Source: a plasmid
Length of the DNA: 64,000 nucleotides
Sequence record: NZ_CP064116.1
Strand: one strand, 5' to 3'
Made by a program: the position numbers and the translations under genes. Positions 46,528 to 61,819 of this stretch are shown piece after piece. Positions within the stretch are counted from its first letter, which is position 1; each line of letters begins with the position of its first letter. The notes beneath the pieces are model-generated. The model made no database searches. It was not told where the DNA came from and worked only from the letters and a program-made list of their open reading frames with translations.

Positions 46528-46805
46528 TGACTCCAACTTACTGATAGTGTTTTATGTTCAGATAATGCCCGATGACCTTGTCATGCAGCTCCACCGATTT
46601 TGAGAACGACAGTGACTTCCGTCCCAGCCTTGCCAGATGTTGTCTCAGATTCAGGTTATGTCGCTCAATGCGCTGAGTGTAACGCTTGCTGATAACGTGC
46701 AGCTTTCCCTTCAGGCGGGGTTCATACAGCGGCCAGCCATCCGTCATCCATACCACGACCTCAAAGGCCGACAGCAGGCCCAGAAGACGCTCCAGCGTGG
46801 CCAAC
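46527..46805 (-). mobile_element. insB: IS1 right-end remnant (IR plus the 3' end of insB)
   Basis: IS1-like terminal sequence ggtaatgactccaacttactgat…, and ORF 46538-46804 encoding the InsB C-terminus (…[54 protein letters not shown]). Confidence 0.75.
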
Positions 46806-46908
46806 GTGCGTTACCTAACAATAAACCTGTTTAAATATCCAGATAAAAACATTCAATCTGGGTCAAATGAGTGATACAGTTTCACCCATAAGACCCAATG
46901 GAGGCAAT

Positions 46909-48342
46909 ATGTCTGAATTTGAATTACTGGCGCAGGATCTGCTTGAGAAAGCAGAAGCGGAAGAACAACTGCGACAGGAAAATGATAAAAAGCTGCTCGG
47001 GCAGGTGCTGGAAATCTATGACCAGAAGTACGTGGCTGAACTGCTTAGAAAAGTTGGTAAAAATGAGTGGAGTCGCGAGACTCTTAATCGCTGGATTAAT
47101 GGTAAGTGCTCACCTAAGACGCTGACGTTAGCCGAAGAGGAACTTCTACGAAAAATGCTTCCGGAAGCGCCTGCACATCACCCTGACTATGCCTTCCGGT
47201 TTATTGACCTGTTTGCTGGGATTGGAGGTATACGGAAGGGCTTCGAAACCATCGGTGGCCAGTGCGTTTTTACCAGTGAATGGAATAAAGAGGCTGTGCG
47301 CACATATAAAGCTAACTGGTTTAACGATGCTCAGGAACACACTTTCAATCTCGATATTCGTGAAGTCACGCTCAGTGATAAACCTGAAGTACCTGAAAAC
47401 GATGCCTATGCTTACATTAATGAGCATGTGCCGGATCATGATGTACTTCTAGCAGGTTTCCCCTGTCAACCGTTTAGCCTTGCGGGCGTAAGCAAGAAAA
47501 ACTCGCTCGGGCGCGCGCATGGTTTCGAATGTGAGGCTCAGGGAACGCTTTTCTTCGATGTGGCGCGTATTATCCGCGCAAAAAAACCTGCCATCTTTGT
47601 TCTTGAAAACGTTAAAAACCTGAAGAGCCATGACAAGGGTAAAACCTTTAAAGTCATCATGGATACCCTCGACGAACTGGGCTATGAAGTTGCGGATGCA
47701 GCTGAGATGGGCAAAAACGATCCTAAAGTTATCGACGGAAAGCACTTTTTACCTCAGCACCGAGAACGTATCGTTTTGGTCGGTTTCCGCCGTGATCTGA
47801 ACATTCACCAGGGCTTTACCCTGCGCGATATTAGTCGTTTTTATCCGGAACAGCGTCCGTCATTTGGCGAACTGCTGGAACCCGTGGTTGACAGCAAATA
47901 TATACTGACGCCGAAACTCTGGGAGTATCTCTATAACTACGCCAAAAAGCACGCAGCTAAGGGTAACGGATTCGGTTTTGGCCTCGTTAATCCTGAAAAT
48001 AAAGAAAGCATTGCCCGTACGCTTTCTGCTCGCTATCACAAAGACGGGTCTGAAATTCTGATAGACCGTGGCTGGGATATGGCCACAGGTGAAACAGACT
48101 TCGCGAACGAAGAAAATCAGGCGCATCGGCCCCGCAGGCTGACTCCGCGAGAGTGCGCGCGCCTTATGGGTTTTGAAAAAGTAGATGGCAGGCCTTTTCG
48201 CATTCCTGTGTCAGACACTCAGTCGTACAGGCAGTTCGGTAACTCCGTAGTGGTGCCCGTGTTTGAAGCCGTAGCCAAACTGCTTGAACCTTATATCCTG
48301 AAAGCGGTTAATGCCGATTCGTGCAAGGTTGAACGAATCTGA
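46909..48342 (+). CDS. ecoRIIM: DNA cytosine-5 methyltransferase M.EcoRII (CCWGG)
   Basis: 477 aa from [19 protein letters not shown]…. Motifs FAGIGG (I), PCQPFS (IV) and ENV (VI). Confidence 0.9.
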
Positions 48343-48375
48343 TCGCTCCTCCCGGTATTTATGCCGGGAGATAAT

Positions 48376-49590
48376 CTATGGAATATCTGCGTAAAGCCCT
48401 GTCAGCTCAGCAATAAACGCACCTAGCGTCATTAGCTCAGCTCTCACCGCCTCCGGGTATTTTTTGTGCAGAGATGATGGCACGACCAATCTGACACCCG
48501 ACTCCCGCATCTCCCGATATTGAGCCAGAGAAACTCCCTCCTGGAGTGTAAACAGATGCACCTGATGAATTTTATCGGCCTCATTCAGTATCTGACGCCA
48601 GCGATCCTTACAGGTAGTCTTGACTGCCAGCATGCGCAGATTTTCTACGGGAAACTCAGTATCGTGGTAAGCCCCTGCGGAAGGGAAAAGGAAATCGGGT
48701 TTTTTATTACCTTCTGTGATGGCCTGCGTCGCAAAGTGTCGCAGGCCGTGCTCAATGAATAGATGCTCCAGGTGCAGTTCCAGCGACTTCCCGGCTCTGG
48801 ATTTACGGCGATTGCTGACAGAATTGGCCAGCGCAATAAATTCATCCACAGAGCCAAATCCTTTCCGGATGATATCCAGAACATGCAGTTCCTCAACCAA
48901 TAGAAATATGTCGTACTCCACGCGCCGGCGGTCAAGAAGTTGCTCATCCGGATCAAGGGAATTTTTCACATAATGGCTGGCTGCATACTGAATAATTTCA
49001 CTTCCCGACGGAAAGCGCAGGTGCCAGTCTTCAGGTAGAATATATTTATGATTTACTGGCGCTTGCTGTAGAGATAGTCCGCCTAGAATCTGTCCTGCGG
49101 GGCCGGATATAAGCGCTCCGGGTATAACTTCACCAATAGCGGTCTCAATGACGTCCTCTTCATCAGTGCTGGCGCATACCCAAATATTTACTTCCTTACA
49201 GTCCCCCCCTTGCTCATCAAGCTTGAAAGCCAGGAGCGTCAGAGCCCCTGTATTTTCAGGATCCTGAAGTGGGCTGCCTCTACCCCAGCGGGTAATCCTT
49301 TTTTCATTCCGGGTTTTACCAAAATGACGGCTGTTATAATAAATTGCCCTGGCTTCGCTGTCAGGGCAATCATGCGATGACACATGTGCGGTGAGAAAAA
49401 CCGAAGGGTTCAGTTCACGGGTATGGTTGATAGACGGAAAGAGTTTTTCAACGATACCTGAAGGGATATAAAGCCCTACCTGGTGACCACCTGTTGCGCC
49501 GGTATCGTTGGCGGAAAGGCGTTTGATGTAGACGAAGTAATTCTCACATGCGATCTCAAGTAGCCAGTTGTGGAAAACCGACATAAGCAT
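48376..49590 (-). CDS. ecoRIIR: Type IIE restriction endonuclease EcoRII
   Basis: 404 aa, MSVFHNWLLEIACENYFVYIKRLSANDTGATGGHQVGLYIP…. Convergent with the methylase. Confidence 0.85.
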   Translation of the reverse strand: MLMSVFHNWLLEIACENYFVYIKRLSANDTGATGGHQVGLYIPSGIVEKLFPSINHTRELNPSVFLTAHVSSHDCPDSEARAIYYNSRHFGKTRNEKRITRWGRGSPLQDPENTGALTLLAFKLDEQGGDCKEVNIWVCASTDEEDVIETAIGEVIPGALISGPAGQILGGLSLQQAPVNHKYILPEDWHLRFPSGSEIIQYAASHYVKNSLDPDEQLLDRRRVEYDIFLLVEELHVLDIIRKGFGSVDEFIALANSVSNRRKSRAGKSLELHLEHLFIEHGLRHFATQAITEGNKKPDFLFPSAGAYHDTEFPVENLRMLAVKTTCKDRWRQILNEADKIHQVHLFTLQEGVSLAQYREMRESGVRLVVPSSLHKKYPEAVRAELMTLGAFIAELTGLYADIP

Positions 49591-49644
49591 CCCCTGTTAC
49601 CCTGAAACTCTACTCACCATTTTTTCATGATTATATACAAACAG

Positions 49645-49767
49645 TGTCATTTTCAGAAGACGACTGCACCAGTTGATTGGGCGTAATGGCTGTTGTGCAG
49701 CCAGCTCCTGACAGTTCAATATCAGAAGTGATCTGCACCAATCTCGACTATGCTCAATACTCGTGTG
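49645..49767. repeat. 123-bp partial copy of the class 1 integron/Tn402 IRt end (left of IS6100)
   Basis: Begins tgtcattttcagaagacgactgcaccagttgattgggcgtaatggctgttgtgcagcc…. Exact reverse complement of 50677-50799. Confidence 0.8.
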
Positions 49768-49796
49768 CACCAAAGCGAGGTGAGCATGGCGACGGA

Positions 49797-50676
49797 GGCT
49801 CTGTTGCAAAGATTGGCGGCAGTCAGAGGTAGGCTGTCGCTCTGCGCCGATCAGGCGGCTGCTGCGAAATGGTGGTTGAGCATGCCCATGGCCTCCGTCA
49901 GCGCCGAGGGCCCAATGCCAAAAGCTCTCTCCACAAGGCGCACCTCGCCCCTGATGCCGGGCTGCAGGCACCAGGGGCGAGCCTGTCCTTTGCGCAGGGC
50001 TCGCATGACTTCGAATCCCTTGATCGTGGCATAGGCCGTGGGGATCGATTTGAAACCGCGCACCGGCTTGATCAGTATCTTGAGCTTTCCGTGATCGGCC
50101 TCGATCACGTTATTGAGATACTTCACCTGCCGGTGGGCCGTCTCCCGGTCCAGCTTTCCTTCGCGCTTCAATTCGGTGATCGCTGCACCATAGCTCGGCG
50201 CTTTGTCGGTATTGAGCGTGGCAGGCTTTTCCCAGTGCTTCAGGCCTCGCAGGGCCTTGCCCAGGAACCGCTTCGCTGCCTTGGCGCTGCGGGTCGGCGA
50301 CAGGTAGAAATCGATCGTGTCGCCCCGCTTGTCGACTGCCCGGTACAGGTAGGTCCACTTGCCCCGCACCTTGACGTAGGTTTCATCCAGGCGCCAGCTC
50401 GGATCAAAGCCACGCCGCCAGAACCAGCGCAGCCGCTTCTCCATCTCCGGGGCGTAGCACTGGACCCAGCGATAGATCGTCGTATGGTCGACCGAAATGC
50501 CGCGTTCCGCCAGCATTTCCTCAAGGTCGCGATAGCTGATCGGATAGCGACAATACCAGCGCACCGCCCACAGGATCACATCACCCTGGAAATGGCGCCA
50601 CTTGAAATCCGTCATCGTTCCGTCCGTCCAATCTCCGCCAAGCATGCTCAAGCTTCACGATTTTTGCAACAGAGCC
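49797..50676 (-). mobile_element. IS6100 (IS6 family, 880 bp)
   Basis: Terminal IRs ggctctgttgcaaa / tttgcaacagagcc. Transposase ORF (minus strand, MTDFKWRHFQGDVILWAVRWYCRYPISYRD…). Confidence 0.9.
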
Positions 50677-50799
50677 CACACGAGTATTGAGCATAGTCGA
50701 GATTGGTGCAGATCACTTCTGATATTGAACTGTCAGGAGCTGGCTGCACAACAGCCATTACGCCCAATCAACTGGTGCAGTCGTCTTCTGAAAATGACA
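50677..50799. repeat. Second, inverted 123-bp IRt-end copy (right of IS6100)
   Basis: Reverse complement of 49645-49767. It overlaps the 3' end of the mobC reading frame. Confidence 0.8.
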
Positions 50800-51033
50800 A
50801 TCGTGCCACCGGCTCCAGGTCTTATCGAACAGCTCAGACACATGGTCCAAATGCTGGTCGATCCGTTCGGCCAGTTTTTCGATGGCCTCTTGCTTGAGCT
50901 TGTCACTTTCCCTGAACTCGATGTTCAAGGCCCTGGCCACCTGGTTGAGGTTCCGGCCGATAGCTCCAAGCTGCCGGCACGATTCCCGTACGGTGTTCAC
51001 TTCTTCATCAGTGAGGACCGGCATCCGGTTCAA
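50758..51033 (-). CDS. mobC: MobC-family mobilisation protein (small, probably C-terminally altered)
   Basis: 91 aa with GAIGRNLNQVARALN (MobC signature). The last ~14 codons are read from the IRt copy. Confidence 0.6.
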   Translation of the reverse strand: MNRMPVLTDEEVNTVRESCRQLGAIGRNLNQVARALNIEFRESDKLKQEAIEKLAERIDQHLDHVSELFDKTWSRWHDCHFQKTTAPVDWA

Positions 51034-51244
51034 CGACCGCAGTCATTTCTGTACCTAAACAGTCCTGCGAATATGTGAGTTTTGACCTAATGAGCCACAA
51101 AAACTCATTTTCGCCCACGATAATTTTTCTACTTCCTTTCTTTGGAATGCTCATTTCAATATTCACATAACGTCGCTATCAATCGCGGAAAAGGCGTAGT
51201 GCGCGAAGCGAACGAAGCTTTTTGCCGTCGATTGCATAGCTTTG

Positions 51245-51727
51245 TTAACCCTTTTTCCAAATTTGATAGCAATAGTTAATGTTTGAAGTAAAGTGTTGCT
51301 CAAAAACAACTTCGAAGGTATTTGGAATACTCGGGAAGAAAACATCCCCCTCTGGCTCGATGTCGATCGTCGATAAGTGGAGCGTAGAGGCCATGGGTAA
51401 TGTTTCTCGGTAAATTTCTCCGCCACCAGACACTATAACGTGACCGGTGAATTCAGCTAGCCTGTCCATGGCCTCTTCGATTGACTGAAATACAACTACA
51501 TTGTCATCATTTGATGTCCAACCTGAGCGGGTAACGACCGCGTATTTCCTATTGGGGAGTGCGCCCATAGATTCAAACGTCTTGCGACCCACCAGAAGCC
51601 ACTGATTGTAGGTCAATGCTTTAAAAAGTAGCTGCTCCCCTTTCGCGGACCAGGGTATGTCTGGACCGCAACCAATCACGCCGTTTTTCGCTTTCGCAGC
51701 CATCAATGATACTTTCAAGGTTCTCAT
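51245..51727 (-). CDS. dfrA14: Trimethoprim-resistant dihydrofolate reductase cassette, dfrA14/dfrA5-type
   Basis: DHFR family A sequence (…[64 protein letters not shown]…). A single cassette adjacent to attI1, followed by mobC-IS6100 instead of a 3'-CS. Confidence 0.75.
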   Translation of the reverse strand: MRTLKVSLMAAKAKNGVIGCGPDIPWSAKGEQLLFKALTYNQWLLVGRKTFESMGALPNRKYAVVTRSGWTSNDDNVVVFQSIEEAMDRLAEFTGHVIVSGGGEIYRETLPMASTLHLSTIDIEPEGDVFFPSIPNTFEVVFEQHFTSNINYCYQIWKKG

Positions 51728-51873
51728 CCTGGGTTAACTTTGTTTTAGGGCGACTGCCCTGCTGCGTAACATCGTTGCTGCTCCATAACATCAAACATCG
51801 ACCCACGGCGTAACGCGCTTGCTGCTTGGATGCCCGAGGCATAGACTGTACAAAAAAACAGTCATAACAAGCC
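51728..51873 (-). promoter_or_regulatory. attI1 recombination site and cassette promoter region of the class 1 integron
   Basis: Lies between the cassette and the divergent intI1. Contains …gttaactttgttttagggcgactgccctgctgcgtaacatcgttgctgctccataacatcaaacatcgacccacggcgtaacgcgcttgctgcttggatgcc (reverse complement of the canonical 5'-CS attI1 segment). Confidence 0.6.
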
Positions 51874-52887
51874 ATGAAAACCGCCACTGCGCCGTTACCA
51901 CCGCTGCGTTCGGTCAAGGTTCTGGACCAGTTGCGTGAGCGCATACGCTACTTGCATTACAGTTTACGAACCGAACAGGCTTATGTCCACTGGGTTCGTG
52001 CCTTCATCCGTTTCCACGGTGTGCGTCACCCGGCAACCTTGGGCAGCAGCGAAGTCGAGGCATTTCTGTCCTGGCTGGCGAACGAGCGCAAGGTTTCGGT
52101 CTCCACGCATCGTCAGGCATTGGCGGCCTTGCTGTTCTTCTACGGCAAGGTGCTGTGCACGGATCTGCCCTGGCTTCAGGAGATCGGAAGACCTCGGCCG
52201 TCGCGGCGCTTGCCGGTGGTGCTGACCCCGGATGAAGTGGTTCGCATCCTCGGTTTTCTGGAAGGCGAGCATCGTTTGTTCGCCCAGCTTCTGTATGGAA
52301 CGGGCATGCGGATCAGTGAGGGTTTGCAACTGCGGGTCAAGGATCTGGATTTCGATCACGGCACGATCATCGTGCGGGAGGGCAAGGGCTCCAAGGATCG
52401 GGCCTTGATGTTACCCGAGAGCTTGGCACCCAGCCTGCGCGAGCAGCTGTCGCGTGCACGGGCATGGTGGCTGAAGGACCAGGCCGAGGGCCGCAGCGGC
52501 GTTGCGCTTCCCGACGCCCTTGAGCGGAAGTATCCGCGCGCCGGGCATTCCTGGCCGTGGTTCTGGGTTTTTGCGCAGCACACGCATTCGACCGATCCAC
52601 GGAGCGGTGTCGTGCGTCGCCATCACATGTATGACCAGACCTTTCAGCGCGCCTTCAAACGTGCCGTAGAACAAGCAGGCATCACGAAGCCCGCCACACC
52701 GCACACCCTCCGCCACTCGTTCGCGACGGCCTTGCTCCGCAGCGGTTACGACATTCGAACCGTGCAGGATCTGCTCGGCCATTCCGACGTCTCTACGACG
52801 ATGATTTACACGCATGTGCTGAAAGTTGGCGGTGCCGGAGTGCGCTCACCGCTTGATGCGCTGCCGCCCCTCACTAGTGAGAGGTAG
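51874..52887 (+). CDS. intI1: Class 1 integron integrase IntI1 (full length)
   Basis: 337 aa, [49 protein letters not shown]…ALPPLTSER. Confidence 0.9.
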
Positions 52888-52894
52888 GGCAGCG

Positions 52895-53714
52895 GGCACT
52901 GTTGCAAATAGTCGGTGGTGATAAACTTATCATCCCCTTTTGCTGATGGAGCTGCACATGAACCCATTCAAAGGCCGGCATTTTCAGCGTGACATCATTC
53001 TGTGGGCCGTACGCTGGTACTGCAAATACGGCATCAGTTACCGTGAGCTGCAGGAGATGCTGGCTGAACGCGGAGTGAATGTCGATCACTCCACGATTTA
53101 CCGCTGGGTTCAGCGTTATGCGCCTGAAATGGAAAAACGGCTGCGCTGGTACTGGCGTAACCCTTCCGATCTTTGCCCGTGGCACATGGATGAAACCTAC
53201 GTGAAGGTCAATGGCCGCTGGGCGTATCTGTACCGGGCCGTCGACAGCCGGGGCCGCACTGTCGATTTTTATCTCTCCTCCCGTCGTAACAGCAAAGCTG
53301 CATACCGGTTTCTGGGTAAAATCCTCAACAACGTGAAGAAGTGGCAGATCCCGCGATTCATCAACACGGATAAAGCGCCCGCCTATGGTCGCGCGCTTGC
53401 TCTGCTCAAACGCGAAGGCCGGTGCCCGTCTGACGTTGAACACCGACAGATTAAGTACCGGAACAACGTGATTGAATGCGATCATGGCAAACTGAAACGG
53501 ATAATCGGCGCCACGCTGGGATTTAAATCCATGAAGACGGCTTACGCCACCATCAAAGGTATTGAGGTGATGCGTGCACTACGCAAAGGCCAGGCCTCAG
53601 CATTTTATTATGGTGATCCCCTGGGCGAAATGCGCCTGGTAAGCAGAGTTTTTGAAATGTAAGGCCTTTGAATAAGACAAAAGGCTGCCTCATCGCTAAC
53701 TTTGCAACAGTGCC
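52895..53714 (+). mobile_element. tnp26: IS26 copy 3
   Basis: 14-bp IRs. tnp ORF 52958-53662. Inserted 8 bp after the intI1 stop, removing the outer 5'-CS/IRi. Flanking 8-mers differ. Confidence 0.95.
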
Positions 53715-54130
53715 CGTTTTTCCGATGTGCCGAAATGCCCGCTTACCAGGGTGTGCAGCTCATTCAGAATATAATCATACATCTGATAATGCGCTTTCCA
53801 CGGCTCCTGTGTGGCATTGACATAAAACCCGGCACCCTGGCCGAGATCGTACTCTTTATCATCCGCCACCTGACTGCCGCGCGGACTGGTATCCGGCGCG
53901 ACAATCACCAGGCCGTGTTCCGCTGCGTAACGCTGTGCCCCGGCTTTGGTGATAAAATTCTGCTCGTTGCAGGTCAGCCCGGAAAGCCAGTACAGCACAG
54001 GACATTTCTCTGTTTTTGCCTGCGGCGGCAGAAACACGGAAAAAGTCATCGGCGTGCCGGTCACCGCAGAGTGGTGACGCCAGACTTCCTGGCTGCCGCC
54101 GAAACAGACGTGATGTTCAATCCGTTCCAT
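53715..54130 (-). pseudogene. frmB: S-formylglutathione hydrolase (FrmB/esterase D), 3'-truncated by IS26
   Basis: ORF 53696-54130 ([21 protein letters not shown]…[13 protein letters not shown]…). Only ~140 N-terminal residues precede the IS26 boundary. Confidence 0.75.
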
Positions 54131-54151
54131 AGTATCTCCCTGAATACGTTA

Positions 54152-56540
<2,389 letters not shown>

Positions 56541-56617
56541 TTTTCAGATCCTGTGTTAATTCCCTATCATTGATAGAGTTGGAATATATCCCTATCAATG
56601 ATAGAGTGTCAATCTGA

Positions 56618-58047
<1,430 letters not shown>

Positions 58048-58743
58048 CGCAAACTTAATGTACTGGGTATCAGGACCGCGCTCGATCTGGCCCTGACGAA
58101 CCCGGCCTTTATACGCAAAAATTTCTCCGTCGTTCTCGAGCGAACAGTACGCGAACTGAACGGGGAAAGCTGCATGTCGCTTGAGGAAGCACCACCGACG
58201 AAACAGCAGATCGTCTGCAGCCGCAGCTTTGGAGAGAAAATCACGGAGTACGATTCGCTCCGCCAGGCTGTCTGTCAGTACGCAGAGCGGGCCTCTGAAA
58301 AGCTGCGGAAAGAGCGCCAGTACTGCCGGCATATTTCCGTTTTCATCAAAACGTCTCCGTTCGCCGTTAAAGAGCCTTACTACGGCAACGTGGCCACGGA
58401 GAAACTGCTTACACCCACTCAGGACACCCGGGACATTATTGCGGCCGCCACAACGGCTCTGGAGCGTATCTGGAAGGATGGGCACCTGTATGCCAAAGCC
58501 GGTGTGATGCTGAATGACTTCACCGGCTCCGGCGTTTCGCAGCTGCAGCTGTTCGACGAACGTCCGCCACGTCCTCACAGCTCTGAGCTGATGAAGGTTC
58601 TCGATGGCATTAATCATTCCGGTCTGGGACAGATCTGGTTTGCCGGGCGAGGGATAGCGCCATCATGGCAAATGAAACGCGATATGCTCTCCCCTGCGTA
58701 CACCACCCGCTGGAAAGATATTCCCGTTGCGAGGATCAGATAA
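58048..58743 (+). pseudogene. umuC: C-terminal ~230 aa of an error-prone polymerase subunit UmuC/MucB/ImpB family gene, 5'-truncated by IS26
   Basis: The reading frame is open from the IS26 boundary (…RTVRELNGESCMSLEEAPPTKQQIVCSRSFGEKITEYDSLRQAVCQYAERASEKLRKERQYCRHISVFIKTSPF…). Confidence 0.7.
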
Positions 58744-58920
58744 ATTCTGCTTTTCTGAGAGAGCCAGTAGTGCTCGCCGCAGCCGAACGACAGGGCGAAG
58801 CCCGCGAGTGAGCGAGGAAGCACCAGGGAACAAAACGAACATAATCTTCTTACGCACCTAATACAGGAATCACAGTAACAATCTCAAAATCTGTATTGTG
58901 ATAGAAACAGCTGAATAGAG

Positions 58921-59190
58921 TGGGACCATGGTCCCAGTTAAATCCGGCGTGTGGAATCGATATTCCAGACGGGGTTGAAGGATGAGTTCTGACACGCAAG
59001 TAGGAGGTGGGACCGTGGTCCCAGTTAAATCCGGCGTGTGGAATCGATATTCCAAGCGGGCTTGACGGGTGAGTTCTGACACGCAAGTAGGAAGTGGGAC
59101 CGTGGTCCCAGTTAATCTGGTGTATGAAATCAGTATTCCGGGATGGGTTACCGTCTGAGTTCTGATATGCAGGTTGAGGGGTGAACTGCG
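58921..59190. repeat. Three tandem ~88-bp repeats, each starting with the palindrome tgggacc(a/g)tggtccca (partition centromere, parS/sopC-like)
   Basis: Units begin at ~58921, ~59008 and ~59097. They lie immediately downstream of parB. Confidence 0.6.
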
Positions 59191-59392
59191 GAACTAGTTA
59201 AGGAAAACTAGAAAAAACTGGATCTTTAGATTGTGGTAACAATCAGGTTGGGAGAAGTAAACAGATCTTTTTAACAACACTGGGCTATAGTGCAGAAAAT
59301 AACTGCTTCGGATGTATATATTCCGAAGCAGCATGTAACGCATTAAGGATATTGGAAATTAATGAAGACTCTCGCGTGTATCATTAAACAGG

Positions 59393-60358
59393 CTAAACTT
59401 TTTGTAAGTCGCGCAGTATGCTTTCTATCTTCTCGATACACTCGGCAGGCAAACGAGATTTATCGAGATTAAAAATCACCTTATCGCCTTTGTATAGGGC
59501 TGTCGCACCAGGTACAAATTGATGACGGGTATTAAGGTTTACTTTTTTACCTGATGGCTCTTTCAGAACATCCGTCAGTAAACCAATAACTTCCTCGGAT
59601 TCAAAGATAACTCCCGCTTTCTTTTGCTCATGAAGCTGTTGTGTCCGTTGCAACAATAAAGCTTCTTTTCCCGAAAATGCTTTGTACAGCGTCTCCCCAG
59701 AGCGGGCGGAAAGTTCACCAGGATGAGTAAACAGGGCAACCACTGATTTTGGCAAATGGGCCGTGTTGATGCAACGCGTGATGATTTTACGGGAAATATT
59801 CTCAGCTTCAGCCAGAGCAGAGATATTGCCGTTAAAATCATTTTCCAACCGCTGTGCATAACGGTTGCCCCGTTCATAAGCGCTGACAGGACGATAATCA
59901 TTACCCAGCCGTGATAAAGCCATCATCTGTTCGTCATCGAGATCCCCGACGAGAACACGATAATCTGATGATGTCAGTATGGCGGCTTTACGACGGCGAC
60001 TACCATCAGCAATTTCAATGACACCTTCTACCCTTCGTCCGAACGCAGGCGTCTGTTGACCACTCAGCATAAAAGAGGGAATCAGATCATCAAGCGCGTC
60101 TTCGGTCAGTAGTTCCTGGTCACGTTCATTACCTGACCAGACTCTTGATGCCGTCTCAACACTCTCGCCCGGGATCGCTTCCAGAATAAATTTCACTTCC
60201 CGGCCACAAACCGGAAGCAGAATGGTATTCCCGCGGGCCATGGCTCCAACCCGTGCAATTAATGAATCAACCATCGGTGCAGCGGGTGCCGCTGAAGGTT
60301 CAGTTTCGGGGCGGATATCTTTTACGGTATGTTTTGGAATGACTGGTGCACGTTTCAT
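59393..60358 (-). CDS. parB: ParB/SopB-family partition protein
   Basis: 321-aa ORF whose start overlaps the parA stop. ParB-type HTH region. Confidence 0.8.
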   Translation of the reverse strand: MKRAPVIPKHTVKDIRPETEPSAAPAAPMVDSLIARVGAMARGNTILLPVCGREVKFILEAIPGESVETASRVWSGNERDQELLTEDALDDLIPSFMLSGQQTPAFGRRVEGVIEIADGSRRRKAAILTSSDYRVLVGDLDDEQMMALSRLGNDYRPVSAYERGNRYAQRLENDFNGNISALAEAENISRKIITRCINTAHLPKSVVALFTHPGELSARSGETLYKAFSGKEALLLQRTQQLHEQKKAGVIFESEEVIGLLTDVLKEPSGKKVNLNTRHQFVPGATALYKGDKVIFNLDKSRLPAECIEKIESILRDLQKV

Positions 60359-61524
60359 TATCTGATCTCCCAGCGAGGTTTAATCAGGCGATCAAAAATT
60401 TCATTACAGACAGGCTCCCAGATAGACAGCGCATTTCGCCAGGCTCCTGTAGATGAGCGCTGATCGATAGCCTGCTCAAACACCGTTCTCATACGGATCT
60501 GACCTTTACCGACTTCGTCGGTCTCGCGAACAACGTTTTTCAGTACCATGCTTCCCCAGGCATCGCGGATCTGTTCTTCCATCCAGGGTGACTGTGAGCC
60601 ATTGTTATTGCTGTACTTGGTCAGAAGAATTCTAACGTCAGGTTCAAAACCCTGCAGGTCCACGTTTTTTAACAGGTCGCGCAGCATGTCAAAAAACTGA
60701 AGGGCAGAGGTGTAATCAAATAACTCTGCTGGCGTTGGCACGATGAGTACATCTGCAGCACAGACGACATTGATGGTACCAATACCGAGGTTCGGTGCAC
60801 TGTCGATAACAATGACATCATAATCATGGGCCACTGTTTCGATGGCCAGGCGAAGCATCATATGAGGTTCTGTCGGCAGTTTCCCGTTGTCAAACCTTCC
60901 CATTAGTTCTGTCTCAATGCGGTGCAGAGCCAGGCATGAAGGTATGATGTCGAGACCCGGCCAGCAGGTGGCTTTGACGGCATAGGCTGCATCATCGCGC
61001 TCACCAAGATAAAAAGGCAGCAGTGTGTCTTCGGCATGGATATGCAAATCAGGGACCCAGCCGTGGTACATGGAGGCTGTGCCTTGAGGATCGTTCCCTT
61101 CGACAAGCAGTACTCGCAGCCCTTTCAGCGCCAGGTCCTGTGCCAAATGTACAGATACAGATGTCTTATAGACACCCCCTTTATGTGCTGCCACCGCGAT
61201 GACGGGCGGAACGCTGTCATCAGGACGGCGCAGACGGGTGCCAAATACATCCCGCATATGGTTGATTTGTTCAATGGTGTAGCCCACCCGCTGCTCTACA
61301 CGTCCACGCATTTCCATATCAGGATGGGGAAGGCGTCCTGCTTTTTCTGCATCACGGATTGCCTGAGAAGAAACGCCAATCAGATCGGCGGCCTCACCCA
61401 CACGCCAGCGACGGGTAATTTTCCTGGCTTCCGGGCTATCATCGTTAAACTGTGCAATCGCGATAGCTTTCGTCATTTCATGACCGGCCGTAATGCACTG
61501 GTCAAGCGTTTCCATCAGTCCCAT
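60358..61524 (-). CDS. parA: Type Ia ParA/SopA partition ATPase
   Basis: 388 aa with an N-terminal HTH extension and a deviant Walker A (KGGVYKTS). Confidence 0.85.
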   Translation of the reverse strand: MGLMETLDQCITAGHEMTKAIAIAQFNDDSPEARKITRRWRVGEAADLIGVSSQAIRDAEKAGRLPHPDMEMRGRVEQRVGYTIEQINHMRDVFGTRLRRPDDSVPPVIAVAAHKGGVYKTSVSVHLAQDLALKGLRVLLVEGNDPQGTASMYHGWVPDLHIHAEDTLLPFYLGERDDAAYAVKATCWPGLDIIPSCLALHRIETELMGRFDNGKLPTEPHMMLRLAIETVAHDYDVIVIDSAPNLGIGTINVVCAADVLIVPTPAELFDYTSALQFFDMLRDLLKNVDLQGFEPDVRILLTKYSNNNGSQSPWMEEQIRDAWGSMVLKNVVRETDEVGKGQIRMRTVFEQAIDQRSSTGAWRNALSIWEPVCNEIFDRLIKPRWEIR

Positions 61525-61819
61525 TCTTTGTTCCTTATTATTATCTTTGCATTAATCTATTAAATCTTGGTAAAAGGCGCAAAGCAACATTAAAGTTGCA
61601 AACCGTCTTAAATATTGCAAAGCCGATCAAAATATAGTCTTGTTCAGTTCAGCATCCGCCTGAAAGGCTGCCGCATGCTTCAGTCAATATCATCCGCTCG
61701 CCGCAGAAAGTATGCGCGCGTAGGCGCATGCGTCGAGGAAGCGGAATTACTCCGTACTAACAAGGTGTGGCTGACGCTCTGAAGCTAACGAAGCTCCACT
61801 GGAAGGAACTGAATGGTAA

